Source: Zygnema circumcarinatum SAG 698-1b | Lineage: Eukaryota; Plantae; Zygnematophyceae | Direction of reading: 5' to 3' | Assembly: GCA_037447605.1 (NCBI GenBank) | Contig: CM074817.1 | Span: forward strand, 1,736,001-1,800,000 | Length of the DNA stretch: 64,000 nucleotides | Part shown: one piece after another, positions 34,101 to 47,842 of the stretch | Layout: each line of letters starts with the position of its first letter | Numbering within the stretch: position 1 is the first letter of the stretch | Program-made: the position numbers and the translations under genes | The notes under the pieces: generated by a model | The model's input: the letters and a program-made list of their open reading frames with translations, nothing else | What the model was told of the DNA's origin: nothing | The model's database searches: none

Positions 34101-36802
34101 TATCACTCAACGAGAAGCTCTTAGAAAGTCACTCAAGCTCGCCACAACAAAACCCATACCTTGAGATTTCATAGTACCCCTTAATTCTGTCTTGACACCA
34201 ATGCCTCTCCGTTGCTTTTCATCCTTTCCATCTCCGCTGGGACTTTCCCTCTCCTTGGTCCCTGGTGAGCCAAATTTTAGGCCAGAAAACCACTGAAAAG
34301 AGTTTGCTCCGCTCTCCTCTCCCTCCTGACTGCCTTGATCTTGACCTCCCCCCGTGCCTGCCTCACCCTTCCGTGATTCCCTTCCAACTGCTGCTACCTT
34401 CGCCTGCTCCCCACTAGTAACGTTGCCTACAACACGTAAAGGTCCGCCTCCGGCATCGGCATCGTCATCGTCATCCTCATCGTCATCCTCCTCATCTTCT
34501 GTAACATCGCCACTTCCTCCATGTTTCTTTTTCGTACTCTTGCCAGCTTTCCCCTTGCCCTCCTTGTTATGCTTCAGATTTGTGGTCGTCATACTGCCAT
34601 TTTTACTCGGAGTTCCTACCTCTTCCACGTCCATGAGCCCACCGCTTTCCTTCACAAAGGCGTCCCTGTTCCTTGTATCACTGTCTTCTTCAGCCTCGAC
34701 TTCGTTCAAACCCTGGCCAAGCTTAATATTGCTTGCATAATCGTTAGCCACTGGCTGCCTATTTGATATGTTTGCCTTTGCCGTAGGTAAATGTTGTTCT
34801 GCAATGTCCGGATCCTCGTCAAATTGCTTTCCTTGCCCCTCGCCATGTTCATCCATATCTTTGCCCTCCCCATCAGCCGGTCTCACTTCAGGATCAAGAT
34901 CGTCAGGATCAGCGAAAGCGATAGCCTGCTCAAGCGCAATGGGAACAGCCAAACCCTCCACCAGGTGTACGATTGTGTTGTTCCGCTTCATGTCAACCTG
35001 CAAAACGATGGGCAGCAAAACATTAGACCATTCCTATTCCAACCTCCATGCATATCTCCTGCAACAACTTCTCAATAAACCCATTGATATACACAAGTAT
35101 TTCGAAATTCATCATTCCCAATCTGAATCGTTCTGACCAATATTCTAACACTCACGCGAATCCATGGTGTACCTGATTTCAGTTCCTATTGAAATTTTCA
35201 CCAAAGCAGCTTCACATGCTTCTAATTTCGGTACGAGATAATCTTTACACATACAACATACCAAAACATCAACTCAGATATAGACAGATGAAATCGCATG
35301 CTCCCATAGCAGCGAAAGAATTTACTGGCGCTAGTTCATTCTCGTCAAGTTAGTGACAACACACCTTCGAACAGGGAAGGTTATTGACGAGCAGTTTTCT
35401 GGAATGAGGATCACGAGATATGAGAACGATCACTCCAGTGAGGGACTCTTCCCTCATCATAGTCCCAGCGCGCACGTCGTTTGAAATAATGCTTCTTGGA
35501 ATTGTTACATCCTTCAGAATATCAAGGAGGAAGTCAGAGACCTGCACCAGTAAATCCAAATATCCGAAATGAGGCAAAGCTCACCATACCGCAGCATTTA
35601 TACGCAAACTATCGCCATAGCAGAACAAATCGGTCGGTCTTTTTTGAGAACAATGCCAATTCATCGTCCTTTTTGGCCCATGAATGACCCCATATCAGAA
35701 GTGGAATGTGCTATTCTCAAATCTGGCCGCTAATGCGACACAAATATGTTGCAGATATGTTGTTTACAGAGAGAAGTATACTTCAACTTAGTTTAGAAAC
35801 TTCGCAATCCAAAAAAACGACTTTGTTTGTTAAAGGGCAGCATGGACATGTGGAGGGCTAACATTTGAACAGTATTAAAAAGGTGCAATGCGAGGGAAGG
35901 CAGCATACAGGTATGCACCTCGTCCTCCTTCTCCTCATACTTGTGAAAAATGCTGCTCAGCTGAAGCAAGGCTGCATCTACAGGTGCAAAAACGGTGAAG
36001 TTCTCTCCAGTGTCCAAAAGTTCCAACATCTTGTCTGCAACTCGGCAGCCAACCATCATGAGCACATTATCCACGATTGCCAGCTACATTGGAAGACGGA
36101 GCAGAAATCACGCCTCTCTCAGAGGCCTGAATTCAATGGATCCTAAACAGTCCACCGAATAGCTCCAGAGTAAAAGAAGCTGTTCACAAGCTTTAAGAAT
36201 ACCTGCAAACTTGTGCGTCATTAAATTTGGCGGCGTTTTGGATCCTGGGCGGCCTTCGGCACCAGCAGACGAAGCGCCATGTTTATTAGGTTCAGAAGGA
36301 CCTGAATAGGAACAGTTTATTTTCAAAACCATTAGCCTAACTGCGTCCTTCCGGCCTGCCAATCCAATGGAGATGGCAGTCTCTACAAGTTCACTAGCAG
36401 CTTAAAACAAGATTGATATTCACGCTGTTTATACATAAAAACTGCAAAAACAATTTTGAGACACTATGCGAAACTGCCCTGCGTTCAACGTTCACGTAAA
36501 ACCTGCTCGGTGAAAACCCTTGCTCGGATCCCACAAAGCGTCAATTGCACAATTGTCTGGAACAAGTACCTTCTTCACCTGCTGCAGCTGACCTAATCAC
36601 AGAAGCAAAACTATTTGTTTCGACAAGTAGTCCCACCTCTGGTAGAAATCATAATTATGATGAAGAATGCAACTGCCAGCATTGCTGCCAACCCCAGCAA
36701 GCGAACCTCGTCCTTCCTCCGAATTCGCCACCATAAAAGGGCTCTCGCCTGCTTACTCATGAGCCCACCACCTCCTAAGCTCCCCCGACCCACGGGCGCC
36801 AT
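31103..36802 (-). CDS. GT29 sialyltransferase-like type II membrane protein with FAS1, acidic linker, EGF-like and C-terminal SAP-like regions
   Basis: N-terminal TM LLGLAAMLAVAFFIIIMI; FAS1 motifs FTVFAPVDAA and TIVHLVEGL; EGF-like CSGRGRLTDGVCSCSVLFQGKNCE; sialylmotif L TCAVVGSSGSLL...IDAHEMVMRFNGAP...VGSKTT; motif S PSIGYIGWAFALQ-KCRRVDLYGF; HHYYD. One junction (34160-33920) is not resolved. Confidence 0.75.
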
Positions 36803-38531
36803 GAAAGCTACTTATAAACTACCTATGAGCTACCTAACAACAAAAGCAAGCAACCGAATATCCACCGATTGTGACATTTGCACATCCTTTGCCCCCCCGT
36901 GGCTTCACAATTACACCTCATCTGCAGACTCATCAGCGCCAACTTTGTCTTTTCATGTACGAGACTTGGATCGATCTTTGCGGATCAAAACCCGAGACTT
37001 CGGTCAAGTTTCCTTCCGTTCAACAAGGAGAGGAAATCCTCGTATTGACGCACCGGTCGTGGAACGGCTGTCAGTGAAAAACCTACACGCGAGACAAGCC
37101 ACGACTTCAGCCAATCAAAAGCGCGCGTCAGCCGATCCTCTCCAACTACGAGCCCTAATCTCCTTCCACCATCCATTCCTGCGCCAGCTTTAGCCCCCTC
37201 CTCCCTTCAAAACTCCTGCCATTCACAATATCAATGCCCCTCGATTCCAGCCCCCGCCTTTCAACCCCTGTTTCCCCCTCCTCCTCCTCCTCCTCCTCCT
37301 CCTCCTCCTCCTCCTACGCAATGGCGGTGCTAATACATTCAACCCCCGTCACTTCCGCAACCTTAAATCGTTGTTTTCACCTGTTATCTGCTGCCCTTTT
37401 TGATAGCCGGAGTGAGTATTTCATACGATCCTCTAAGAAAAAGATATATACATATGTATATAGATATATTATGGCAGGCATCCAAGTCTGGAGTCGAAGG
37501 CTGCACAGAGACGGTGTGATTTGAACGAGAGCCGCACAGAAAGAGAAAGGGGGCCGGTGCCCTTTCAAGGTCCCCTGCCCAACCACGGTCTGCCACATCA
37601 ACATACATTGTACACGTGGCGGAATTCGATTGATCCAGCGTGGACACATGCACGCCCTGGAGTGCAGAGGACGACATTTTGTGGTCCCGTCACTCCAAGC
37701 GTACGGATGAATAAAGGTACATTGCCGTACATTTTCGTACAGTGTACGGTAACAGTTCCATGTGGCGGTTAACGCGTGTCGTCACGTTGTACTATACGCG
37801 TGCTCATAGAAATCGAGGCGCAAAACTTCATTTGACAGAGCGTTTAACAGGAAACGTTGGCTAGAGCCGCTCTCCCCACCCAAATGTTTGCAATAGTCCA
37901 AGGTTGCGTACATGTTGGGAACTTGAGAGGGATGCCAAGGTAGCTACTACTCATGGGTGGCTTCTTGCAAGCTGGACGCGCTTGCTTGACTGTAGAGTAT
38001 GTGATGACATGAAGGACAGTGGAATCGAAGGAACAAGTGCTGTGCTCCTGCTTCACCGAAACCTTCATACTTGCAGGATGCAATGTTCTTAACTTGCATT
38101 TACAGTCGATCGTTATCGCTCAGCAAAATAGCTGTTGTGAAATTGTTCCAGAATTGCAATCGATGAAGAGCCTAAGTTCAGACATTTCATTATTCTGCCG
38201 TAACCTTAAACTATGACACTTGGTTACTCTTTAATTACTTCGGCAGTACCTATTACTATGTGTACTTGACTGGACCTACCTGTTGCTCTACAATATGGAC
38301 AAATGGAATTCACAGATTCCCTCCCCCTCCAACTTTTTAGCCTCTAACACAAGGAACGCCCTAAGCATTTGCCTTATTTCAGAAATAAATGGACTCTAAA
38401 TCTCGACTCTCTCTACACTAAATCTGGACTTTGAAAATATGTACTGTTTCGAATAACTTACATCATCCCCGGAGGACTTTAAGGCATCCCCCATCAGATT
38501 CATATCTCCGACCACCAAGGAAGGAATGAAG

Positions 38532-40394
38532 TTAGTGACTTCCCATCAGAGGATGTGGCCTCACTTGCGGCCCGCTGACCTTCTCATTTCCTGCAGGATT
38601 TTTCCTGAATCTGTCAATACTGAAAAGTTCTAGGGGCACAGCTTCCGACCCTCCTGTCAAAGCAAGGTCAGCCATCACACTTCCAACTAGAGGGCCCAGC
38701 TTAAACCCATGGCCCGAAAACCCAGCCGCCACAAATACTTTGCCAGCAACAGCAGCACCGCGAAGTTGGACACTATCCAGAATGAAGTCTTGATCCGGGG
38801 TCATCGAGTACATGCATGCTTCTGCAATGACAGGAGCATCCGTCTGCACACGATCTCCAAACTTTTCAGCAATCCATGGCCGAAGGACCTCCTTCAGTGG
38901 CTCGATCAACGGTATCAAGGCGCGTGTATCGGGATCACAGGGCGGGCCTGCATGGAGAGATATCTTGAGTAGCCCAGGGTACTCATTAGAAGGCATTCCG
39001 TAAATGAACGGCTCATCATAGTTGATGAACAACGGAAACCCTTTCTCGACTGAAAACAAGGCAGGCTCGCGAGCTTGCCAGTAGGCCACAGTAGTGTGGA
39101 TGGGCTGTATTGACAGTTGAACCCCTCCCACCTCCTCTATCAACTTCTTGGTCCATGCGCCTGCAGCAACTACACATTGGCGTCCAACAGCTACCCCTCT
39201 GCTAGTTGTCACCTGCACAAGGACACCACCTTCCTCGATTGAGTTGCTGCTAATTGCCTCAATCCCTGTCACTTCTGCACGATCCCGCAAGACAGCGCCA
39301 TGCTTTTGAGCCAGTTGCTGGAACATAGCACATGCCTTAGTGGCATGCAGTATTCCAGCTTCAGGACTAAACACTGCTATCTGACCCTTGGCCAGCTTGA
39401 TTGGGAACCGCTCTGCCACTTCCTCTGCGCTCAGCATCTCGTGTACAACACCATGCTTTTGGCACGAAGCAATGACTGCTTGCAGATCAGGGTTGTCCAC
39501 GGGCCCAAAATCCAAGCCACCTGTGGCAGTGAGGACAGAGAAGCCTGCGTCCTCGTGGGCTGCCTCCCATAGAGAATATGCTGTGGCCATCATTGCCGTG
39601 TAATAATCTTCCGGGTACGTCATGCGAATAATTCTGGACTCACCATGTGATGAACCTGAGAGCAGATACGAGAGATACATATGCAGTTCGTCAATGTATG
39701 TTCCCATCTCAAATCTCTACAAGGCTGTTCCCTGGCAGATGTCATCTATTTGCTTGTTCTTGCTTTCATGCTTGTGCGTGGAAGAGATGGCAGCCAGAGA
39801 GATTTTCCTCGCAGCGTTGAGTGAATTGATGTTGTTGTTGACCTCGCCTGGAGGAGTTAGTAGCTTCTAAAGATCGCTTTCTTTTCCCTTTCGCATATTT
39901 GCATCATGAACTGAGCCTTATCCCGGTTACCAGTCAGTTACCATTGGCTACATGCTCAAATACTGGCTCCATTTCTCTTTACACAATGTATCCTGCTCTG
40001 CTTACAGAGTGCTTCGGCAATCTTACGGACTTATGCCCGTTTTTCTGGGGCACATCATATCATAATCAAGCGACCCACTCCAGAAGATGAATGCTACGTA
40101 ACCCTAACACATTCATCCCGCTAGAAGTCATTTAGAACTGAACGCCATCCCTCCCCAGAAATGACGTATTTCATTTCCAATTATGAGAGCAGAAATGCAG
40201 GGCCTCCCACCGAGCATTTGGAATTCACCTCTGCGGTGAAGAAAGTCAAATTGCTCCAGCAACAAAACCGAGTGACCTCTCTTCGCCACCTCATACGCTG
40301 TGCAGCTCCCCATGATTCCCGCGCCCACCACGACAACATCAAAAGCTCCTTCCACAGCCGCTCCTGCCCATTTCCCACAGCTTTCACTACCCAT
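38532..40394 (-). CDS. SOX: Sarcosine oxidase / pipecolate oxidase (FAD-dependent), 2 exons
   Basis: [17 protein letters not shown]...[25 protein letters not shown]; [14 protein letters not shown]; [16 protein letters not shown]. Intron about 40228-39659. Confidence 0.9.
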
Positions 40395-40874
40395 ACCGCC
40401 TAAAACCACTACCGCATAAAACCACTACCGCAAATGCTAAGGAGCGCAGAAACCCAACACCCCTTAGCGAAATCTGCGCCCTCACCTGGAGTTTAAAGCT
40501 CTCAAGTCTTTAATGCGGCCGCCCATACGACGGTGCACCAACCCTAGCGTTCATCATGCACATCATGTGCACATGCACATGCACATGGGCAGATACCCAT
40601 CGCCGCATGCCCACATGACAGCGACGCATCCCATTCTCAAACTCCCACTGTTCCCATGTGTCCTGTTCCGTGCGCTACCACAACCCTTGAACTGTGTCCA
40701 CATTCATAGTTTCCATGCCGCCTCCTGCGCTCTGATTGGCCCAGACCTGGCGCAACTGTAACCAGGACAGCGACATGTGATCACGTGCCGGCGCCCCTTC
40801 GCCTCCGCCCTCCGCCCAAAACCGCTTCCGGCGTCCGCTTCGATGGTCCCATGCCGGCCCATGCCATGCGCCCC

Positions 40875-40884
40875 NNNNNNNNNN
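40875..40884. other. Assembly gap (10 N) within a C-rich tract
   Basis: nnnnnnnnnn flanked by poly-C. Confidence 0.95.
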
Positions 40885-42268
40885 CCCCCCTCCCCCCCCT
40901 CTCCCCATGCATCGGAAGCCTCCTGGAAGCTGTTCAGCCCCAACCACCGAGCCTGCCCCGGGCCTCGCCCGAGCCTGGCGCTCCACCAACCTCCGCGCTG
41001 GAGCTTTGAAGTAGGCCAACAGCCCCGCCCTCGGCCATATCGCGCGGAGCCTCCGTTTGTCGTTTTGGGGCCTCGCTGTTATCTCGTCGCGCGCACGGCC
41101 GTCGATCTCTTCCCATCGGACGGCTCTTATGCGTTTGCCGGCCTCCGAATCCAGGAATTGAACGACGCAGTTTTGGATGCGCTCCGACCGTGCAAACGGC
41201 TTTATTTTTTCTCGTTTTGCATGTTCACACTGTGCAGGAGAGCAAGTGTGAACGCGAAAAAAAACGTCGTTCTGGACACGCCACGTCCGCGCTGGCCGCC
41301 TCAGATAAGCTTTGCTCGCGGCCCTCAGGTCGGGACCCGGGGGAGGGGCATCTACATGGGGCCCGGACCTCAGGTTCGTGGTGGCTAGGCTCGTCCCGAA
41401 CCAGAGGTTCGGCAAGCCCTGCGTGACCCCTCCCCCTCTCTCCTGTCCCGCATTTTCTGTCTCGCTCTGCCCTGCAGGCCCTGTTTGCCCTAATCTGAGG
41501 GAGGGGCAGAGAGGCGGCATTTGGTAGGGTTTGTGGAGGCGGCGGAGGAGGGGGAGGAGAAGGAGGAGGAAGAGCAGGAGGAGGGAGGGACGGATGGAAT
41601 TTGTTTGAAGTCGAGGTACTCTATGGCGGGAGAGGTCGTTTTGAAGTTAGGGTTACTTGTAAAGTTCGTCTGCAAGTTCGTTTCTCTGTGATTCTCTTGT
41701 GTCATTGAGCAACGGTGTCTTGGGGAATCTCGAGAGTGATGGCTTTCGGATATGTAAGGAGATGAGGTCAGGTTTGAAAATGGGAGGTATACTTCCGGAC
41801 AACGTTCGCGTGCAAGATGGAACTACACGTTCGAAGTACAAGAACGAGTCATGAAGCGGTAATGGGGACGTCTAGTTTTTGCAGTTCTTCCTGCATCTGG
41901 ATATTCAGAATTTGCATCTTGTTCCGTATATTTTGTCTATGCGGGGTTCCTTTTGCACAAGGAGACTCATTATGATTCCCTGATTATTCTGTCTCGACAA
42001 TGGAAGTGGCTTAGCGAGGGAGGGTGTTTTTTTTTGCAGGTTTTTTTGCCTCTGTTTGATGGACATATTGCCCCTTTTTCCTCCTAGGAGCAAAATGATG
42101 GACTAGGAATCCGAATGCCCCTAGAGACAATGGCAGTCGAGCTTTTGCGGTTTCAATAACTCGGGTTGCCGAGCAACATGCATGTCGCTCCCCTAGGGTT
42201 GAAGAAACATATAGGGGGCGGATGTGTGAAAAGCGGGAGACGCAGCTGTGAGGCAGTAGCTTTAGGCA

Positions 42269-45200
42269 ATGTATGGACTTAATCGGGGGGACTTGAGAGC
42301 TATCGCTCCCCCTAATGCTAGAGATCGAGCCACTGGCGGAGATCCACATGGCCCGTCTATGCCGGGCGACCATGGAAACGGCGGGTGGCCTGACCCTCGC
42401 TCATATGGAGACAGTCGGCCGGCTGCCTATGGGCGAGAGGTTCGGCCTGACAGGGACAGGGGGGAACGCCACCCCGGCAAGAGAGGATGGGCGGAGCGAG
42501 GCAGCTTTATGCGAACGGGGGGGTCGTTTGGGAATGGGAACGGAGTAGAACCTCCCAGCAAGAGACGAATAACTGGTTCGTGGACTGCTGCCCATCTTTG
42601 ATTCATTGTGGGAACAGGTCTGGGTTCAGTTAGGGTTGTGGAGGAGGTGGATTTTTGGCAGTTCCACTTACACCTGTCGTGGGGCTTGTTTGCTTTCGTT
42701 TGCATTGTATTCGACACTGCAGGTAGTTCTGTGCTTGCAACTCTAGTTGTTTAGAGGGGTTATTTCAGAAAATTGAGACGGTTTCAACAATTTGAGGCTG
42801 CATGTATTGCTAGTCAGTAGGCGACCTTTCTCAGTACTTGGCAAGAAAGGAATTCGGATATGAGTAAAATTTATGAATGGCCAGGAGCGGTTTTGGTCTC
42901 ATCGGCTTCGTTTTGACGGAAGAAGCCGAAGTCGTTTCATGTTTTCACTTCTGCTCAAATGCATTGCTCATAAGGCGACCGTAGAATCTGACTTCTCTTT
43001 CATTAAAGCGAGCAGCTTATCGTGTCGAGTTGATAGCCCCCAAAATAGCAACTTATGATTCACAATTTTGCGCACTCGTTTTTTCTGTTTTTTTAATGCT
43101 GGAGAACGGGAGAGTTAATAGCCCCAATGCATCTTTTTGACTCTAACTTTTTAGCCTTCTTGTGAGAGACTGACAAGGGGATGTAGGGCTTTGAAGTGAG
43201 GCGGTTATTGTCGATTCCGTCGCTTGTATTTTCGCCTCATTTCCACCTGAGGTGGTGTTTGCTATTCAGGTCGCCCGTTCTATGCAGGAGAAAATGGAAG
43301 GTTTGCAAGTGGATTGCGGGTTGGGGATGGGAATGTAATGATCGGACAAAGTTTAGCGGGAGAGAACGGGCTACTTGGGCGCAAATTTGACAGAGAAGCA
43401 TTCTATAGACCTGTCAATGGAGGTGGCTTCCAGGGTGGAGGAGCAGCTGATTACAGGTCGAAAGATAGTGATGAAAGAAGAGGTTATGGCAGAGAGCCGT
43501 ATTTGGGGCCTGGGGAAGGTCGCGACTTCAGCGGAGTTCTGTTGGAGCCCGTGCTTCCCCAGGGAGGCCACTGCCTACCGGTGTACAATGAGTCGGAGAA
43601 TGGTTGGGATAAGGAGGGCGGTAGCAGGTTGAAGGACGGCACTGGATGGGATTTGCCTCCTCGAGAGCGTGACCACCGTGATCGAGGGCGGCCTAAGACT
43701 GAGCAGTATCATCGGGTAACAGGCCCAAATGGTGTCCCTTTTGCTGCCCCCCACGATGTCAATCGCGAATGGGCTTTCGGCGGCGAGAAGGACCAAGAAT
43801 CTGGTAGAATAGATAGATATGGCAGAAGTTTTGCCAGGGAAGTTGTTTGGGGCACTGATGCGTTAGAAGGTTCTCGCGATGGGCCAGGGCGGATTTGGCG
43901 CATGCATGGCAGCAGAGAAAGAGGTCCTCTTGGGGCCCATGAGGGAATGGCGTGGGCCAATTCCTCTCTGCAAAGCCCTCCAGCAACAAACGGATTGTCG
44001 AGGAGTCCCATGACTGGCCGAGCTGATCTGTCCACTTCTGCAGCAAGTTCTCCTGCAGCTTTGCCTCCGTTAGTTTCTCCAGTGAGTTCAGCGGGACCGC
44101 CTGTCACTAAAGAAGAATCTCCTAGCTCCCCACCGAAACGTACAAGACTAGGCTGGGGGCAAGGGCTCGCAAAGTATGAGAAGAAAAAGCATGTGGAGGG
44201 AGATGGTAAGGTTTGCGATGGCATCATAGCAGTTTCTGATGGGACTTCTCCTGGGGTCGAAACTCCTGATTTATTTAGGACCTCTGTTCCGCCTGCTCCA
44301 TGTGATCCTAAAGTTGCAGCTCCTTTACCAACTGAGACTTGTGCAAGATTGTTCTCGACTGTCGTGAAACCCGAAGAGGTGTCAGCAATAACAGTGGAAG
44401 CAGTAGCATCAGAGCCGCCACCCCCTCCACCTCCACTACCACCACCACTACCGCCACCGCCGCCACCACCACCATCAACAGAAGATCACAATTCATCACC
44501 TTCTTTGCCAAAAGAAACTCTGGCAATATTAGATTCGAAATCGGGGAAGCTAGCAACAGGTGATTATATCCTAGATGCACCTGGTGATACTGCAGTTGTG
44601 ATTCCCATGGAGAAGCCTATCGTAGAAGATGTCGAGAGCAAGCCCATAAGCATTGACTGTGCAAGCCAGGATGGAAATGCTGAAGATGTGCATCTGTCGT
44701 CAAAGGAGGAGCAGAGTATGGATGATGTTGCAGAGCAGACGCCTGTGAAAGAAGATCTTAGGTCTGCGGAGAATCTGCAAGAAGACAATTGTGCTAAGGA
44801 AACTCTCGCTGAGGATGTAATCACGACTTGCTCCCCACAGTGGTCGCGCCCAGATGGCAGTCCTGGAAAGTTGGGTGAGTTGCCCACAAAACGCTTTCTT
44901 TAGCCATTCTTTAAGTGTGTTGGCAGAGAACAGGGGCCATAATTACAGGCTTGGTCTGTTAAGTCCTGATGGCAAGACTGTTCGTGTATCTTGTATGGAA
45001 TCTGATAGTTGTAGTCGGCGTTTCTGGGTGACTGAGCAACTCCACTTTTTTGAGATTTATGCTTTTGATTTCGTAGGATGATCCCAATTCTGCTTTAAAC
45101 GGTTTACGACTATGCATTGGCAATTGGCAGTTCCAACTCTTTGCATGCTGGAGATTGCAAGTTGTTTCGGAACTTGTGTTGCAATGAAAGGTCCGGTAGA

Positions 45201-47842
45201 CCTATTAGTTTCTTTGCTCTTCTGACGAGTTAATACGTCTGTGCTTCGTATTTCAAACCACATTCTCAAACCTAGAATTTTAGTTCTGTGGTGAAATAGT
45301 TGACATTCAAGAGGAAGAAAATCGCTTGGCATTGTTGACGAGTACAAGGTAGAATGTGCTACCGCTGCGGCACGTTTGCCATTCTCAGCTGATCTTGCAT
45401 AAGGTTGCATCGTTTTCCTGCGTGCAAGTCACATTTCTGCACCCAGATGATTGGCAGTCAGTTTGTCTGTTAAGTTACTATCAGTCACTATACTTACTTT
45501 GGCGTTGTTTTGCTGCCTCGGATGTTATGCAGCAAGTGCATGTGAAGAAAATGTTATCCACATGGTTGTTTCCAGTGGGAGCCTCGAAGGCAATTTCTCT
45601 GGTAATGAGTGTGGAGAAGCTCTGATAGTCCCCAGCATGAACACAGAGTGCTGCAATGGTGACTTACAGGCCGTTTCTAAGCAAGCCGGACTAGAAGACG
45701 AACCATTGATCACTGAATCTGCAGGCTTCAAACACGAGGGCTTATCTGTAGAGGAAAGGCAGGTCGATGTTGTGATGGAAGCGGCGAGAAGTCCCGAAGA
45801 TGAGAAGCAACAGAATGAAGGACAATGTGGCGAAATTGTCGAGTTGGCAGATTCTTTGCAGGAGGAAAGAGAAGTCCCTGCTACCCAAATCGCTGAAGGT
45901 GTCGAGGAGATCAAGACTGCAGATGCTTCTAGAAAATTAGATGTCCAAGATGAGGAGGAGATATTAGGTGAGGTGGAAGCTATTGATTCCGAGATTGAAA
46001 GCCTGGAGGAGATTCTGATGTCCTTTGAATCTGTAGAAGTGGGCTTGGCGGCTACTGAGGACTTACACTTTGAGGTGACAGACCCTAAAGTGAGTCCCAC
46101 TGCAGCAAATGTTCATTCACAAAGAGAAGAGTTGTTGAAGGAAAGAGGGTGTGTCAAGGTGCTTTCTGCAGAGGCGAATGTCACAGATTCAAGATGTCCT
46201 GATAGAATAGCGGATGCAGAGGGCCCGGGGCACACTGAGCATAATGCTGGGCCAATCTCACGCAAGCTCAAGAAGGATATGTTGGGAGTATCCGCTTCTG
46301 TGGAGAGAGTTGATGATGATATTGCTGACGGAAGGTTTCTCCAAGAGACGGGCACCACTGAAAGATCTCTACTGGCTGAAAAGTTTGCAGATGTCTTGAG
46401 CTCGCCTGTGGAAATGTCGAAGTCTCCAGAAAGGGTCAGAGAAGAATTTGACGGGGTGTCTAGAGTCGTTTCCGAGCAGACAATAGTGAAGGACAAGCAG
46501 GCTCTCTTGGACTGGCGACAGGGTGGTCTTGCTCTTCCAGTATTATCTGAGAATTGGGAGAAGGCAAGAAAGTCACATGAAGGTTTGCATCACATTTGGG
46601 CCTCTGGAATGGACACAGATGGCAGACCTTTGTACAGGGCACCCTGTGAAGCCCCATATTGGGCTGAAAATGAGCGGCAGCATGCAGAACGAGCACCCGA
46701 GCTGAGAATACGTGTTGCTCGTGAGCATAGTATTGAAGCTGTCTTGGCGAGGGCTCTTGCCGTCAGATATCGTGCTTTGCGTGAGGGATGGAAAATGGAG
46801 TTAGCGAACAGAGTGAGTCGTAGAGAGAGAGGCTTGCCTGAGAAGACCCACACAAAGCATTCAACAGATTGGAGTCGGAACTCTTACCAGATGCCATCGA
46901 GTTTGCGTACATCTCTTCGCCTTCGCCGTAACACATCTCCAGGTGAATTTCCATTACATCTTGTGGTTTTGCATATTCAGCTTGCGTTACCAGCAAATTA
47001 TGCTGCAATTCTCTGATTGCATCAGTAAGGCCTTCCCTCTTTGTGGCCATTGGCTTACTAGTTTTGAAAGCCCTTTGCTGTTTGTCTACTTAACATTGAC
47101 CCTGTTGATAACCACAGACGGAGGAGATACAGATGCAACAGCATCTTTACACGGAGAGGGGGCGGAGGAGTTGGCTGTGCGGCGAATGATCTCAGAGCCT
47201 TTGGAGGCCTCACGTTCTGTGTTGCAGATGCCTGCTATGATCCTTGGTTCGCAAAACTGCTGCCTGCGTCGTTTCATATCCAACAATGGACGTGTGGAGG
47301 ATCCTGTTGGCCTTGAAATGGAACGGAAGGTACAATCTAGTGATGGTCATTTGCATTGGAGTGAAAGAATTGTGGGCTGAGTCGAACAATAGAAATTTTC
47401 TCGTTGTGAAAGGAAAGTCCCGGTTTTCTATGCTTTCTTGGAGTTTTTGATCTTCAAAAACTTGAAAACATTCGATACACAGTTGAATACAGTAGCTATT
47501 CTTATGATAGAAAATCTAGTTGAGCGAAGCGTCTTTTCGTTGGATGTCATTTTTGTTTTGTCAATGAAAAGCGCATTCAAATCTGGCTGTACTTTTGCCA
47601 CAAGCAGAGGTAAAGAATCTTCTAACCTTTGACCTTGCCTTTTACTGTAATTGTTGCAGAGAATGGCAATCTGGACCGTGGAGGAGCGATCCATTTTTTT
47701 GGAGAAGTTCGCTCAGCTGAACAAGAACTTCGCAGCAATAGCGTCGTTTTTGGAACATAAAACAGTGGCAGACTGTGTTGAGTTTTACTACCGTAACCAG
47801 AAGTCTGATGATTTTGAGCGCGTATGTATGTTACCAATGTAA
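42269..47842 (+). CDS. PWR: POWERDRESS / NCoR-SMRT-like SANT-domain protein (ends uncertain)
   Basis: KRTRLGWGQGLAKYEKKK; EEEILGEVEAIDSEIESLEE; MPAMIL...RFISNNGRVEDP; SANT WTVEERSIFLEKFAQLNKNFAAIASFLEHKTVADCVEFYYRNQK. Confidence 0.75.

Noticed and set aside
40675-41520. GC-rich ORFs spanning the N gap
   Set aside because: Promoter-like GC island between divergent genes; the ORFs cross an assembly gap and show no motifs.
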